From Lobosporangium transversale (lineage: Eukaryota): a stretch of 64,000 nt of DNA. The position numbers were made by a program, and so were the translations under genes. The notes below the pieces were generated by a model. That model had not been told where the DNA came from and searched no databases. It saw only the letters and a program-made list of their open reading frames with translations. Positions 25,016 to 38,645 of the stretch are shown in pieces (the first letter of the stretch is position 1; each line of letters opens with the position of its first letter). The stretch covers positions 1 through 64,000 of the forward strand of contig NW_019028979.1 in the NCBI RefSeq assembly GCF_002105155.1, written 5' to 3'.

Positions 25016-25698
25016 CATTTAACAAGTACTGTATATACAGTGAAGAGAATGATTGGACTTTATAGGGATATATGAGCCTTTTCTTCATTTCCTTTAATTC
25101 CTTTCTTTATTCCTCTGGCATCAGTTTAGCTATTGCTCCCTTTGTTATTGAAACAAGACATGTTCAACAATCTTTATTGCAATTGACCTGCAAGGGTTGA
25201 TTTTTTTATCTTTTAGCTTAGCGCATCATATCTTCATTAGTTTTCCCATTTAATACAAAACAATGCTCCATGAAGCATTGGGTGTGGATGTTAATTTACT
25301 GTTTTAAAAAGAAATAGGCACAGGTTTATTAAACAAAACTTTTTTTTTTTAACTGTCTGTTTTTGTCTTGTCTGTTTTTTCTTCTTCAGCCATGGCTCAT
25401 TCCTTTCGCTCACTTTTCCCATCCATTCTTCAATTCTTTCATTCCTTCATTCCTTCCATTTCTCTTTCACATCCTCTTTGTGCATGACTCTCAATTGTCT
25501 CCTCACTATCCTTTCCTCTCCTCTCCTTACCTTTCAAACGCATACAGCAAGCAACGAAACGAACATCTCTTCTTCACACATAATACTCTAACTGAAACTG
25601 TGCTCTACTTCTTCTTGCTTGCTACTTAAACCTCCTCTTCCCATCTTCCTTCTTCTCCTTCTCTTGTGCTTTGCACAACATCTTGAAAGGTATCAATC

Positions 25699-27883
25699 AT
25701 GTCTTCGGCACCGACCACTGAGTCGGGTCCATCGCCTCCTGTCCCCACTTGCAACGCTAGTGATAAGCTATGCCCAGTATGTAAGGAGGGCGAGATATGC
25801 AGACTGTCAGTGATCGAGGCTTCATATCAATGTCCAAAGGCCGAATGTATCAAACTTTCATTTGACACTGGTGCAGACAATGACGAGGACGGCAACACAC
25901 CAGATTCATCCTCGGGTGGTAGCTCGGCTCTTGCTCCAATCCTCGGTGTAATAGCTGGTCTGGGCTTTATAGCATTGATTGCGTTTTTTGTAATACGGCG
26001 TAGACAACGGCGCAAGAGGGCCATGATGTTGGGACAAGATGACTCTCTGGACTCTTTTTCTTCAAAAAGATGGGACTCGGTAAGCCAAGTCAAAGCTCCC
26101 CTCCCCCTTTTTTCTTTATTGTTGTTGTTTTTCAGAGTGAGAAAGGAGGATCGAGTGGTCTCCTTTCAATTGATGACTAAGACGACAAAAAAAAGAGAAA
26201 ACCTGAACACCTGCGCCAACAAAGCAAAAAAAAAATAAAAAAACGAGAAAAAGGGCGACTGTCGTACAGAAGGCAGTTCTCATCTCTGCATGGTCTCTGA
26301 CAACAACGAAATTTTGGCGCTAAAAATATACGTTCCTGACCAACCAAAGACGACAGATCCAAAGAGCAAGGTCACACAGCCTTTGATTTGCATGGACATG
26401 AAAGAGAAGTAAAAGGAAAAGAACGAGAGAGAGAGAGAGAGAAAGGGAGACACCAATAGCCAAAATGGATGACAGAAGCAATAATAATAATAACAATAGT
26501 CGAGGGGACATATATTCGGAGACATATTTTATTCGGGCGTTGAGACTAAAGCAAAAGTCAGGAACAAGAGCGTTTTATTTTTGTTTTTTGTTTCTTAAAA
26601 AAGAAAGCATTGTCCCTGGATCATTTCTCTCAGAGGTCTCACTCAGTATCAAACACTAACTTTTAATTATCTTACAAAAGATTTGTCTTCTCACTCACAT
26701 ACTTTTTTATTTTATTTTTATTTTTTATTTTTTATTTATCTCATTGATGGGGATATTCAATAGACTGGATCTGCAGGACATAAGGATGTTATTAGGATTG
26801 CATACATTCCTAGTATGATTAGTGATAGCAGCATTGCAACCCCAGAGCCATCTGTTCAGACAGGTGGAGGTAAGTACCTTTTTTTTTTTTGTTTTATGTA
26901 TTATTTTAATCATTGTTACTTTACATTCTAACTTTATTTTTATTCTTTCCCTCATTTTTTTTATATCTTTTCTCTCCCCTCTTTCTTGATAAACCTCAGT
27001 ACTCAAACCCGATTTCACGTCGCTCAGAGAGGATCAGGACCGCAACAAACATGATTCGTTGGCATCGCTGGACGAAGCTGTTGTCATGGCTGTTACGGCG
27101 AAGGCAACACCACAGGTCATGAAGCTCAACACAATCAAATCATCTCAAACTGACCTCATTCAACGATCCAACGTACTTCATACCACAAATTCGATTAAAC
27201 GTTCGCAATCACAACGCCGGTTAGCAGATGTTAAAGCAAATGGTAGCACTAAGGCAACGTCATCTCCATTACGGGATGAACAGTATGATGACGAGGATGA
27301 CTCGGATCAGGAGACTGTTGAAGATCATAAGGTGGCAACGAAAAAACCATCAGTAGGACCCATGTCGGAGAGAAATAATCAGGATAATCCATTCATGACC
27401 GAGGCTGAACTAGCGGTGGCGTCCACAAAAGCGTCGTGCACGGACAATACCCGGAGCAACGATAACAATGACAATGACAATAGATCCACTACACGGTCGT
27501 CCAACCCCTTCCTTTCAATAGCAGAGTCAACCGTAGTTGGCTCTTCTACAGGGCCCAACACACCTATGTCACCTTCGTTCACCAATTACTCTTCACGACC
27601 AGAGACGCCTATGTCACCCATGTCTGAAACAACTACGACGGCATTCACTTCCGGACCCATTAACCATTCTGGCCGATTGATGAACGAGGGTGCCGGCAGT
27701 TATGATGATCCATTAGCTGGACTTCCAACGCCCAACTTGAGACCGTGGGCATCTTCGTCTGGAACGGGTCCTATGCGTGACTCGACTTTCTCGACTATGT
27801 CTGATTCACGATCCTCAACAAGAGGTGATGGCGAAGAGATTATGATTTTCTGGGATGGACAACGAGACTCCAAAGCCATGTAG
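25699..27883 (+). CDS. OPY2: Opy2-like membrane anchor protein (3 exons)
   Basis: Cys-rich ectodomain (CNASDKLCPVCKEGEICRL...CPKAEC), TM helix followed by RRRQRRKR, middle exon with VIRIAYIPSM motif, S/T-rich tail. Confidence 0.75.
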
Positions 27884-28286
27884 AATAAACAATAACTCGA
27901 TTAAAGCCTTTTATATATATTATTACTATCACTACTTTTTTTTGCCCTATCCATTTGTTTGATCTATGTATCAAACATTTATATCGATATGCGCAGTATA
28001 TGTATATCTTTTGTCTTGTTCAGGTCAAGGGCAAAGGATGAACTTTAAAGTATTAGGAAAGTAAAGGTATTTTATTGTGTTTGTGCGCATGAAAAATGAA
28101 GTATGAGATATGAGATATGAAATGAGGATGCAAAATGATATTAGGGATGAAAAGAGTTAATCAAAAGAAAGTCTATTTACAAGGTTGGAATATTATGAAA
28201 ATGCTATTCGAATGAAAGGTAAGAACGATTAAAAGGAAAAGGGGGATTGAGTTAAGCTTATTAGGCTTAGTTTGTTATATAGTTAA

Positions 28287-29565
28287 TTAAAGGAAACTCC
28301 ATGTAAGCTGGAGGACACCAACGTTGAGATCTGCAAATTTCTTAAAGGCAGCTTGAGAGAGATCAAGGGCTCCAAAGTCGCAGTGCTCGCTAGGGCACAT
28401 ATCAACAACCTTGACCACCACCTGAACATCAGATCCCTTGGCAGTCACCAGAAGCTTTTTACCACACAAGTCCTTTCCACGTCCCATTTGGGCTATTTTT
28501 TTTTTTTTTTTTTTTTTGCAAAAAAAAAATAAATCGACGTTAAAATTCAGAACGAATGCATCTTTACATTCATTTATTAATAAGATACTTTTCTTTTTTT
28601 TTTTTCCCATCTTTCTTACCTTCATTAACAGCAACAATCAGATCAGATTGAGAGTAAGATTCCTCGCATTGTCCGAAAGTGTCCGAGTACCAGGTAGCTC
28701 TGCCAGTGAACTGCTTTCCGCTAGGCTTAGGAGCAGGGGGATCAGGTTTCTTGGATGGAGCTGGAGATGGAGCTGGCTTTGTAGGCTTGGGTTCTTCGGC
28801 CTTTTTAGTACTAGTAGTCGTAGTTGAAGTTGAGGTGGCTGTTGGGGTTGGAGCAGAGGAGATGGCCGCAGGAACCTTGGGGGCCGGAGCATCCGTCAAC
28901 TTCCATGAAATTTTAGCCAGGTTCTTGGGCGAGATCACAGTTGTGGCCGCGGGCAAGGGCTGCATAGGATCAGTCAGGTTAGCAATCGTCAACTCGGCTG
29001 TGGGATCAAACTTGATCTGATCCCATGGCAGCTTGGAGATCACTAATTCTTCCAAGGCTCCCAAGCTCAACGAGACTGATCCATATTCACAATCGTCGCA
29101 GACACCGGCAATCTGAGCAAGAGTCGATTGCTCATTGTTCTCACGGTTCTGGATCTGGATCCATTCACCGCAAGTCGTATTCTGAGAGGAAATATCACCA
29201 AACTGGAGAGGATTCATGAGCGCAACATTGTCGGAGGAAATGAAAGTTCGGTTGTTACAGCCGATGAACGTATCCGGCTTGTCACCAAAGAACACGAGTG
29301 AAGGGCTTGTTGGGGAACTAGGGCCGCTAGTAGGCGTGGTGGGCGAAGGCAAAGAGGATGATGAGGTTGTCGAAGTGGGTGAAGAAACAGGTGTACTCTC
29401 AAGAGTGAGGTTTAAGAACGAGGCAGAACCTCTGTACTCTGTTCCCCATACAGTGGCGTTGGTGCCGTCCGATGGAGGAGTACTATTGGGGCTGGAAAAA
29501 GCCCCAATGAGGGCGCCTGTGATGATGGATAAGGGGCCAGCGGCGAGACGTGGAATGGGTGCCAT
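28287..29565 (-). CDS. RlpA-like double-psi beta-barrel (expansin/loosenin-like) protein with two DPBB domains
   Basis: GRATWY...DLIVAVN|..CGK...VVDMCPSEHCDFGALDLSQAAF, plus an upstream copy (VALMN...CGEWIQI...GVCDDCEYGSVSLS); P/T-rich linker; one intron. Confidence 0.85.
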
Positions 29566-30723
29566 ATTTGAATTGTTGTGAGATCGATCTCTGCGTTGAT
29601 CGCGATTGTAAGTTGTTTATAAAGCGAGTGTAAGATCTGGAAATGCCTATGGAAGGGTATCAGTTGTAAGCAAAAGAGAGAAAGGAAAGACTTGAGTGAA
29701 TTTGAGGCGGAATGGTGGGAGGAAGGTGGAGAAATGCAGCCAAGAAGGAAGGAGACGAACAAATGCGTTAAGGAAAAAAAGAAAGGGAAAGAGAGAGGAG
29801 GTAAGGGAAATATTTATATAAAATGATAATGCGCAGGTTTGAGGAAGATCATAATTCAGGACGCATCTGTTCCTGTTTCTGGTCCTTACAATTGAAGAGA
29901 TGCCGAGGGCGTTGTGTGGTTTGATTGTCACTGAAATGAATTGGATTAAATAAAATATATTGCCTGTCTTACTTTTATGAAATGCATTTAATACAATTTA
30001 TCTTCGCTCGCATGGGCATGGGCATGGACAAGGGCAAGGGTGCAAATGAATTAGTTTTGAGTTGATTGCGTTATGAGGCAGGAGTTAAAAAGTAAAGTTT
30101 ATGTGTGAATGTGGTATGCGGTCAGTTCCAAATCGGGGTTGTTGTTTGTAGTTCAATTCATTCGGACGTTAATTAAATACTCTCTCTAATATATTCGCGT
30201 TTATCACTCGTTTCACGATGAATCGAAAGAATAAACAATAAACAATTTTCTGTACTGAATGGTGTGAGAGTCTTTTTTAGCCTCGCACGGATTAGCGTTC
30301 CTGTTGATAACGATTGGAGCAACGAATGAGAGTGAGAGAATGGTCTGGAAATGAAAATTTTCCATCAGGTCTCTTTTTAATATACCGCGCTCTTCTCCTT
30401 TAGCGGATCAGATCAAATGCAAGGACGGACAGGCCGTCGGGGTACATGAACACACAAAATGAAAGTTCATGCGATAGATCAAAGCCAAAGCGGAGCATTC
30501 CAGGGGGGGTTTTTTTTTTTTTTTTAATATTATTATATACTCTCATTCTATACATCTTGATTGTATTCTATTTATCTCCTTCCCTCTGTTGACGACATGA
30601 AATAGATAATAAATGAACCTCTCTCTTCCTCAATAAACCACAAGAAACTGAATATATTCTATTAAGCAAAACATTCATTAAGAACTAGGCGAAGAATAGC
30701 AACACCTTGCAAGATGCGTGGAT

Positions 30724-30798
30724 CCATCAGTTGAATTTACATCAACCATCAGTTGAATTTACATCAACCATCAGTTGAATTTACATCAACCATCAGTT
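30724..30798. repeat. Perfect 22-bp tandem repeat, 3.4 copies
   Basis: ccatcagttgaatttacatcaa x3 + ccatcagtt. Confidence 0.95.
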
Positions 30799-32384
30799 TC
30801 TGGCATTATGTATAGTATTTGGTTAGATCATGGCTAACGCATCTTTTCGGAACAAATATGAAAAAGAACAATTTCGTAGATTTGCGTGTGGTAGTGTGCA
30901 GGGTGCGCGTCCCCCAACCAAAGTCCAAGACAGACCCAGCCTCAAATCCATAATAACTGTGATGTAAACAAAAAAAAAAGGCTCTCATATTCATTTTTCT
31001 TGTAAATGGAAATGATGCGCATGCTATGACAACAAGAATCTGTTTCATTAACCTTATTTCTGTCTTTCAGATGGTTTTTGTGTTATGCCTTGTTTTTTTT
31101 TTTTCCGTTGGGAAGGAACGAGTAGAGAATGGGACAATTGGCAGTGCTTGGCGTCACGAGGAAGGGATCGAACAGAGATATGGTTAGAAAAATCTGTACT
31201 CACAATATGATATATACATATACAACGCGTATACAAGGAGAAATGGGAGGCGTATGAAAACGGTAAATGGCGGAAGAAGATCAAGAAGATCTTGACTGAA
31301 AATAAAAGAATGGGAGTATTGTGCAGTATATACATATACACTAGGTATGTCAAATACAAACACCAGGACAGATTCTTATTGAACCCAACTCTGTGTTGTG
31401 CGAAGTAGGAACAGAAAACGTGATTTTCTTTCCTTGTTGTTGTCTTGATTGTCCTTTATTTTTAAGACTTTGACGCCACTGATAGTGTGAGAAAAAGAAA
31501 AGGGTCTTGCGAAATGGACCAACTGTCAGTCTATTTCAGCCAACCTCAAGCTTTCATTGGCTTCTCATCGCAATAAGGATGGCTGATGATCTACTTGTAG
31601 TCTAAATCGAGTTATGCCACGAGTTGCTAGTTGAAGGCAACAACTATATTGCTCCGCGATCGTTATTGTATGCCGGGTCCAAAGGTTCACACGCTAGTAA
31701 TGCATCTGGATGGATAAAAAAAACGCGTCCCCTGATTAACCAGATGTTTCTTAATCTGGGGGAAGAGGGGATAGTAAGGGTTACTGTTGTTTTTTCTTTT
31801 TCGTTCTCGCCGCATTATTAATTTTTTCTAGACTCCGCTCGGTGACTTTTTTACTTGCAAGAAATTTCATGGCCGACAGAAGTTGATGTTGATGTTGGTG
31901 TTAGTATCAAATCCATGGTGACACTTCACACGTCGAAATGACATCGTTTGCCCTTGCGTACTTAACGGTCAGGGTCCGCGTCGTGAAGGGTTCCCAGCAA
32001 CCGAATCTCTCAACATAAACAAACCCACCTTTAAACAAAATTCTATCTTCTATTTTCTTTGTTGTCTTCGTAACGTTGAATTACCAGAGAGCATATGTTA
32101 TTCATAAGAGTGTGAATAGTATACATAATATAATAACTCATTCCTTCTTCGTTCATATGCATTTTTACACATTGCTTCCTTATCATAAAAAAAAGGGGGG
32201 ATCAGACCTCCTTTCCCTGTTTCTTGTGAATTTTCTAACGATCTTTTTTTTTTTCATCGTTGTTGTAACACAAGGCAAACCACAACTTTTGCCTTTTATT
32301 TTGAGGCTGGGCAAGGAAAGGGCATGCAATTATATATGTATCAATCGTTCTTATTAACATTCATGAATGTGTGCGTTGCATTCA

Positions 32385-32420
<36 letters not shown>

Positions 32421-33694
32421 GCGCCCGGTCCCAACAAAAAAAATTTTTTTGGCGGTGCGTGATGGCCAAGGCACAAAAGATCTCTTCGACCCCAGATCAC
32501 ATCATAGGCAGCAATAACAATAAATATATATATATACATACATACGCATACGCGTAACAACACACCGTCTCTTTTTATTTTATCAATGTTCAGTCTCCGC
32601 CCTTCACTTATCGCTTGATGTTTAATGATGGCGTTGAACGCCTACATCGACAAGTTTAACCATTTAACCAAAAAGAAAAAGAGTTAATGTGTTAGGGTGA
32701 ATGTGGTTTAATTTCTAGATTCATAAGTGGCGCAATAGGTGGAATAAAAGCAAATGTGTAAAACATGAATGGACATGTGAAGAAGAATAGAGGTAGAGTT
32801 CAAGCCACATGTGCACGAGCCTTATCTCAGTTCTGGAAATACGCCCCATTTCAAACAACACTCGAACAAAAGAATAGGCCCCCATCCACATGGCCATAGT
32901 GGTCTGGAGCCCTCTATTTCCTTACTTTATATCCATCTATCCAAAAAACAAATAAATAAAATAAAATAAAGCCCAAACAGAAGCCGAAATGCATGAAGAC
33001 AAGATAAAGAGTCCCAGAAACCACATGCACTTGGACTAGGCTTGATGCCACTTGTCTAATAACAAAGGGCATCTATGCTATTTTTAATTTAACGTGTCTT
33101 CAAGCTATCCGAATCAGGAGGATGACATCCATTCCTGGGAACCATTCTGTTGCCAGGTTTAGTGAATTCTATGATCTCCTAGTGCTTTTTTTTTTTTTTT
33201 TTTTTTACCTCAGAACAGAAAGGGAGAAAAGATAAGATCAAAGCGCAATAAAAAAAAAAAAAAAAAAAAGTGCCTAAGAGCGATATGCCACTAAAGGCCG
33301 ATCTTGTCTCAAGTTAATTTCTGGCTCCGCACGTTCTCTCCAAGGACTGGGGTTTCTAGTGACGCACATCTAATGTCATCATTTTTAAAGGTGTAAAAGA
33401 AAAATGTATTAAAGTATAAAAAAAAAACTAGCCTTCCATTCTTCGGCTATATTACACTATGTCTATGTTGCTACTACCAAGGGAAAAAAAAAAAAGAAAA
33501 AAGAAAAAAAGCGAATAAAAGATAAAACAACAAGAAAAAAAAAGAACCCCTCATGGTTTTCTACCCATTCGATTCTTTCGCGGCTCTATTCTGCAGCTAT
33601 CGCCTCTGTCGACATCGTAATCATCCTCCCCTTCCATCTTTTATAGGCTTTCTCATCTTGGTAGTCAATCAACAATAAGATTTGTTCATCACTT

Positions 33695-36600
33695 TTAAGC
33701 CTGAAAGCTGTCCCAACCACGTCCGACTGTGCGGCACAAGTCCTCTTCACGTGGGATCGCGCCTGTAGTGAAGTAACCCGCAGCAATCTTGGCATCCATC
33801 TCCACCTTGGAATCTGGAGGGATCATCTCGTCGGGGATTGGGACACGCTCCAAAATCTGGATAGGATGATATTGGGAATTTTTAAAAAGTTGGTGGATTA
33901 TTATACGTATTTGTCATCTATTGCGACCAACAACAAAAAAGGATATTCAGATATCAAGTTTCATAACGATGTGATGACAGTTTACCTTAATGCCAGCATC
34001 AACTAGAGCATCATGCTTCATGTTAGACATAGACATGAAGCGATCAATCTTAGTGACACCAAGCCAATGGAAAACGTCTGGCATAAGCGCCTGGAATCGC
34101 ATATCCTTAACTCCGGCAACATTCTGCGTGCGTTGGAAGTACTTGGAGGCAGAGTCGCCACCTCGTTTACGAGCATTATACACAAGGTACTTTGTTACCT
34201 CACCCAGCGCGCGTCCTTCCTTACGGACTATGTCATAAAGTATAGGTCGTAGATAAAGAATAAAAAAAGAGATAATACAATCAACATATGTTCCTCCCTG
34301 TCATTCTGTTCACTTTCTATTCATGAGTGCCCTGTAACTTACAGTAGACGATCAGGCCAACGCCGCCGTTCTGGGCCTCCCTGATACACTCAGTCATACC
34401 ATAGATAAGGTATGGACGACAAGTACAGATGTCAGATCCAAAAACATCAGAACCGTTGCACTCGTCATGGACACGAACTGTCAGACGAGTATTTGGGTCT
34501 GAAAGCAGTTCATGATTGCCAAATATATAGACAGTAAGACCACCGATAGGTGGTAAGAAAACTTTGAGGTCTGGTCTTGAGATAAGTTCTGGGTACATTC
34601 CACCAGTATTCTCACTGAAAAACGAAGAGAAGGAGAGGAAAGGATTAATAAGCTTTTTTTTTTTTTTTTTTCTTTTTTTTTACGCATATGATTTGATGTT
34701 CCATATAAAAAAGGCTTACAAAAGAGATCGACGCAAATGATCCTCATCGACCTTGAGGCGCTCAGCGACTCCGGGCAAGTACCAAACAGGGTCTACAGCA
34801 GCTTTATGAACGTTGAGCTCTCCGGTCTCATTCACAATTACTTTGCCGTCTACCTTCAATCCTCCACGTGCGAGCTCGGCCTGGATCTCGGGAACGATCA
34901 TGTGAGCACGGGTGATGGAGATAGTAGGGCGGATGTCTAGTCCCTGCTCTATCTCTTCTTTGTAGTAATGGCTCGTCAGATGGCCAAAGGGGTCCATGGA
35001 AACAATCTTGGTGGTGTCTGCCCATTGAGGAAGCTGCTTGATCTTGATTGGTGGCTCCGTATGCTCGAAATTGGGTTTGTGCTGTAGCGCAGATATGCAA
35101 GTCCAAAATAAGGTTAAGGGCACAGGTCACACGCCTTAAGATTTATTGGTGCACAAATATGTATTTGTATATTTAAGACTTACATCTGCAGGCAGGTCAC
35201 CCATGGCAACTGCAAGAGAGCGATAAACAGAGTATGGACCTCCATACGCACCGATAGCATTACTATTTGTTCAATTGTGAAAAATGTTTTTTTTTTTTTT
35301 TTTTTTTAGCTTACTCCTATTCTTTCCCAGAACTGATATTGTTTAAACCCGCCAATCAAGACATTTGTATTTACCGAAGGTTAATCTGGTTAGCTAGATG
35401 GGAGACGACAATGGGGCCGCGGGTCTTGGGATCAGACTCGCCCCAGTTCATTCTAGTAGGGTGAATACCCTTTTGTCCAGTATGAGCTGGTTGTTACAGT
35501 ATAATTATTTGTATACAAACACAGAGTATTAACGACAACAATATTAACAGTATTTTTTTTTTTCCCCTTAAATGATATTCAATATATTCAATTTCTTACT
35601 GGTTAGAACAGGTTTCTCAGTATAAATGTCGGCATACGGAGCTGGCGCAGCTTCAAGCGTAGGTGAAGCAACGGTGTCTCCATCAGAGTCAGATTGACCT
35701 ATGATAAGCGATATCAAAAAGCGCAGATGAGCGCGTGAGCAATAAAAAAAGAATCCCACCAATAAACGGGTTAGCATCAGTAGTTGGATGGAGAGAGGTG
35801 GCTGTCGAATTTGGGCAAAGCACAACGTTGGTGGTGTTGTGTGGGTTTAAATGACACGAATGTGGTACAAGCTGTGCACGAAGCAGTTATGCAGGACAGT
35901 ATATAAACATTTCACGAGCGTCTTACTTCTTTGTATCATCTCATCTCATCCCATCCTATCCCATCCCATCAAGTCAGTAGTTTGCTCTAATTTTTTTTTT
36001 TTTTTTTTTTTTTTAGAAGTTCGCTCTTATTTGCTACTGCGATATTATACTGACATGGGTGCATATCACACGTCTTTAACAGTTATATTTTTGGTTGGCC
36101 TTTCTTTGTTAAAATGCTAGGGGTAGAGGAGTACATAGAAGGGGTTGGGAGTGAAGTGAAGTACTGTGGGGCAAACATAGAAAAAAAAAGAACATTTTGT
36201 TTCTCCCGGGCGTCTTTGTTGAACAGTAAATACGGAAAAGCAATGGGCGGCATGATGATTAATTATCCTAAACACCTGTTCCTAAATTACGTTGGGCGTG
36301 TGTCCACAATGTCGTCACTTTTGTTCTCTCCCCTTTCCTACCCCTTCTAACCCCTCTCTTTCATATCTCAGCTCTTTCACTCTCTTTCTCTTCTCTTCCA
36401 CACTCTTCTCTATTTTATACAGTATACAAAGTGGGAATTGTATTCTTACCAGGACAGTTGTGATAATGGGCGACCTTCTGCAACAGCTGGTCATTCTTGG
36501 ACAGAGCGGCATCAACTTGCATCTTGTCAACCTAGAAAAGATAAAGTGTGTGTTCGAGTTTTTTTTTTTTGTTTTTAGTTTACAACATTACGCGTATTGA

Positions 36601-36794
36601 ATAATAGCTCCAGGTAACCATTTCAGCCAAAAATAGCAAAAGTGTGGGGAAGAGAGAAATGGACAGAGAAGCAGTACGCTGAAATGAAATCAATCAAAGA
36701 GACTCGTCCTTCACAATACCTTATCAGCAAGAAGTTGCTGGCTTGTCTTGAGGTCAGCAATAGCGACTAGGATCTGGGATAGTATATCGGACAT
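33695..36794 (-). CDS. urg1: Urg1-like GTP cyclohydrolase II family protein (multi-exon)
   Basis: NAIGAYGGPYSVYR, KIVSMDPFGH, DPVWYLPGVAER, VFLPPIGG, RVHDECNGSDVFGSDICTCRPYL, RKEGRALGEVTKYLVYNAR, SMSNMK, DAKIAAGYF. Confidence 0.92.
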
Positions 36795-37009
36795 TGCTTG
36801 TTATTATGCTTCTGGAAAAGAGAGGAAAATGTCTTGTAGAAAAAAAAACGCGCTTTGGTTCGGAGTCTACGGGCTTGAAGGTTTAAACTTGCTCGAGTAT
36901 CTTTGATGTGGTAGAACTAAATGGAAATGTTGGGGGAGAGAGGGCCTGTGAATATATGAAAAAGTTGTAGGTGGCAATGGAAATGGGCGAGGTCGCAAAG
37001 GAAAGAAGG

Positions 37010-37075
37010 GGAAAGGGAAAAAAGGAAAAAGGAAAAAGGAAAAAGGAAAAAGGAAAAAAAGAAAAAAGAAGAAAG
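37010..37075. repeat. GGAAAA-like purine microsatellite upstream of urg1
   Basis: Run of ggaaaaa units. Confidence 0.8.
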
Positions 37076-38645
37076 AAGGAGAAGAGGAGAAAGCTTTTTT
37101 CAGACTGGAATTGGTGGTTTATATAGTCCTCAGAAATGTATGAATGGAAGGAAACATGACCTCTCTCATGCACGGAGTGCGCTTCGCAAAAGACAGACCA
37201 GGACCAATGCAGAAATGCAGTGCATACGCTATAAGCCTTTTATATTTATATATATTCCTCACTTTAGAGGCGCAAAAGTGATAGGATGATGATGATAAGA
37301 GTGATGATGATAATGATAGTCCGGGTCTCTCCTTTACTTTTCCTTGCCTTTGTTCATCATCGCTTTCTCTCTTTATGCATGCTGCTACTAGCGTTAGCTC
37401 ATCCTAGTAACTAAACTGGTTGCTCTCTGTGTCATCTCAGGGGCCTAGGATTAGACACCTGCTTATGTTGTGTTCATTTCTGTATTAGGAAGAATGTCTT
37501 GGAAATAAAGATACTCACTTCCATTAAATAGCAATAACAATAATAAAAGGGCGATGAGTCCTCTCCGTATCCTTCCTTTTCTTTTTCTATGCCTTCATGC
37601 TATAGTATATACTAAATTTTGTATTTTGCTCTATTTCCTTGCTCTATTTCTTTGCTCTATTTCCTTGTTCTTGGGATGCTAGTTGTGGGGAAAGCCTTTT
37701 TACTTTTTAGTTTTTTTTATTTGTCAAATCCTCAACAAAGTTTGCTTTGCGTTATGGACTCTTTTCTTATAATTTTGACCTGACCCAACTTTTTTTCTGT
37801 TCAATAATGCAAAAAAAAAAAAAAAAAGTTTATCCACACTACTAAATCATGCATGACCGAAGTATATATCCGGGGACCCTGCCTGTGTTCGCAATGTGTC
37901 TCAATTCAGCCGCTGTAAGAAGTGCTTACGGTGAATTCGTTGAGAGGCGATTGTATTCATGCGTTAATTTTTTTTTTTTTTTTTTTTTTCCGTTAATTGA
38001 AATGTGCCAACTATTGCTTGAAATTATGATAAAAGCCCGTAATATCCAGATGGCATCTTGTCCCAGTGCGAACATGGCTATGAATGCGAGCATAAAATCA
38101 TGAGTGGGTGTTGAGGACGATGGCTTCGCCACAATATAGTTTATTACAGCTGGATGGTATAGGACCTTTTACCAAACACATTATGGGATGGCTTGTTTTG
38201 TCCCATTGCTTACTACTTTTCAACGGGCGGGAGAAAATCTCACTAACCTTCCCATTTACAAGTTGATACATACACATCCCCGCACCCTCTCTTTCTCTCT
38301 TTCACTCTTACTCTCTTTTCACAGTCTCCATACACATCTATCATTACATTCATTCATTCTATCATATATCAAATCTTATTGCTATGCCTCTTGTATGTGT
38401 GCCCTGAATTATCTGTTCTAAAAGTCACCTGGATGAATAGAATGAACAGAAGGAGGAATGGTCAACCAGCAGTGGGAACATGACTGATCCTCTCTTTTTC
38501 CTCATTAACTCATTCACTCATTCCTAATTCATTCTTCAATCGATTTAAAAAATAATAATAATATAATATTAATAAAAAAAAAAAGGAATTCGCCCATCAA
38601 CACAAGTAATGTTTTTCTATGACCATTTGTCCCTGACCAAACGAC

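Noticed and set aside
24713..25629. Poly-K/poly-F and hydrophobic short ORFs (also at many other sites)
   Set aside because: They arise from homopolymer and CT-rich promoter or intron tracts, with no protein-like content.
30724..30798. Possible CRISPR-like array
   Set aside because: The repeats are contiguous with no spacers, there are no cas genes, and the context is eukaryotic.
33586..33795. 69-aa ORF as the last exon of urg1
   Set aside because: Wrong frame; the conserved end DAKIAAGYF...GRGWDSFQA* stops at 33695.
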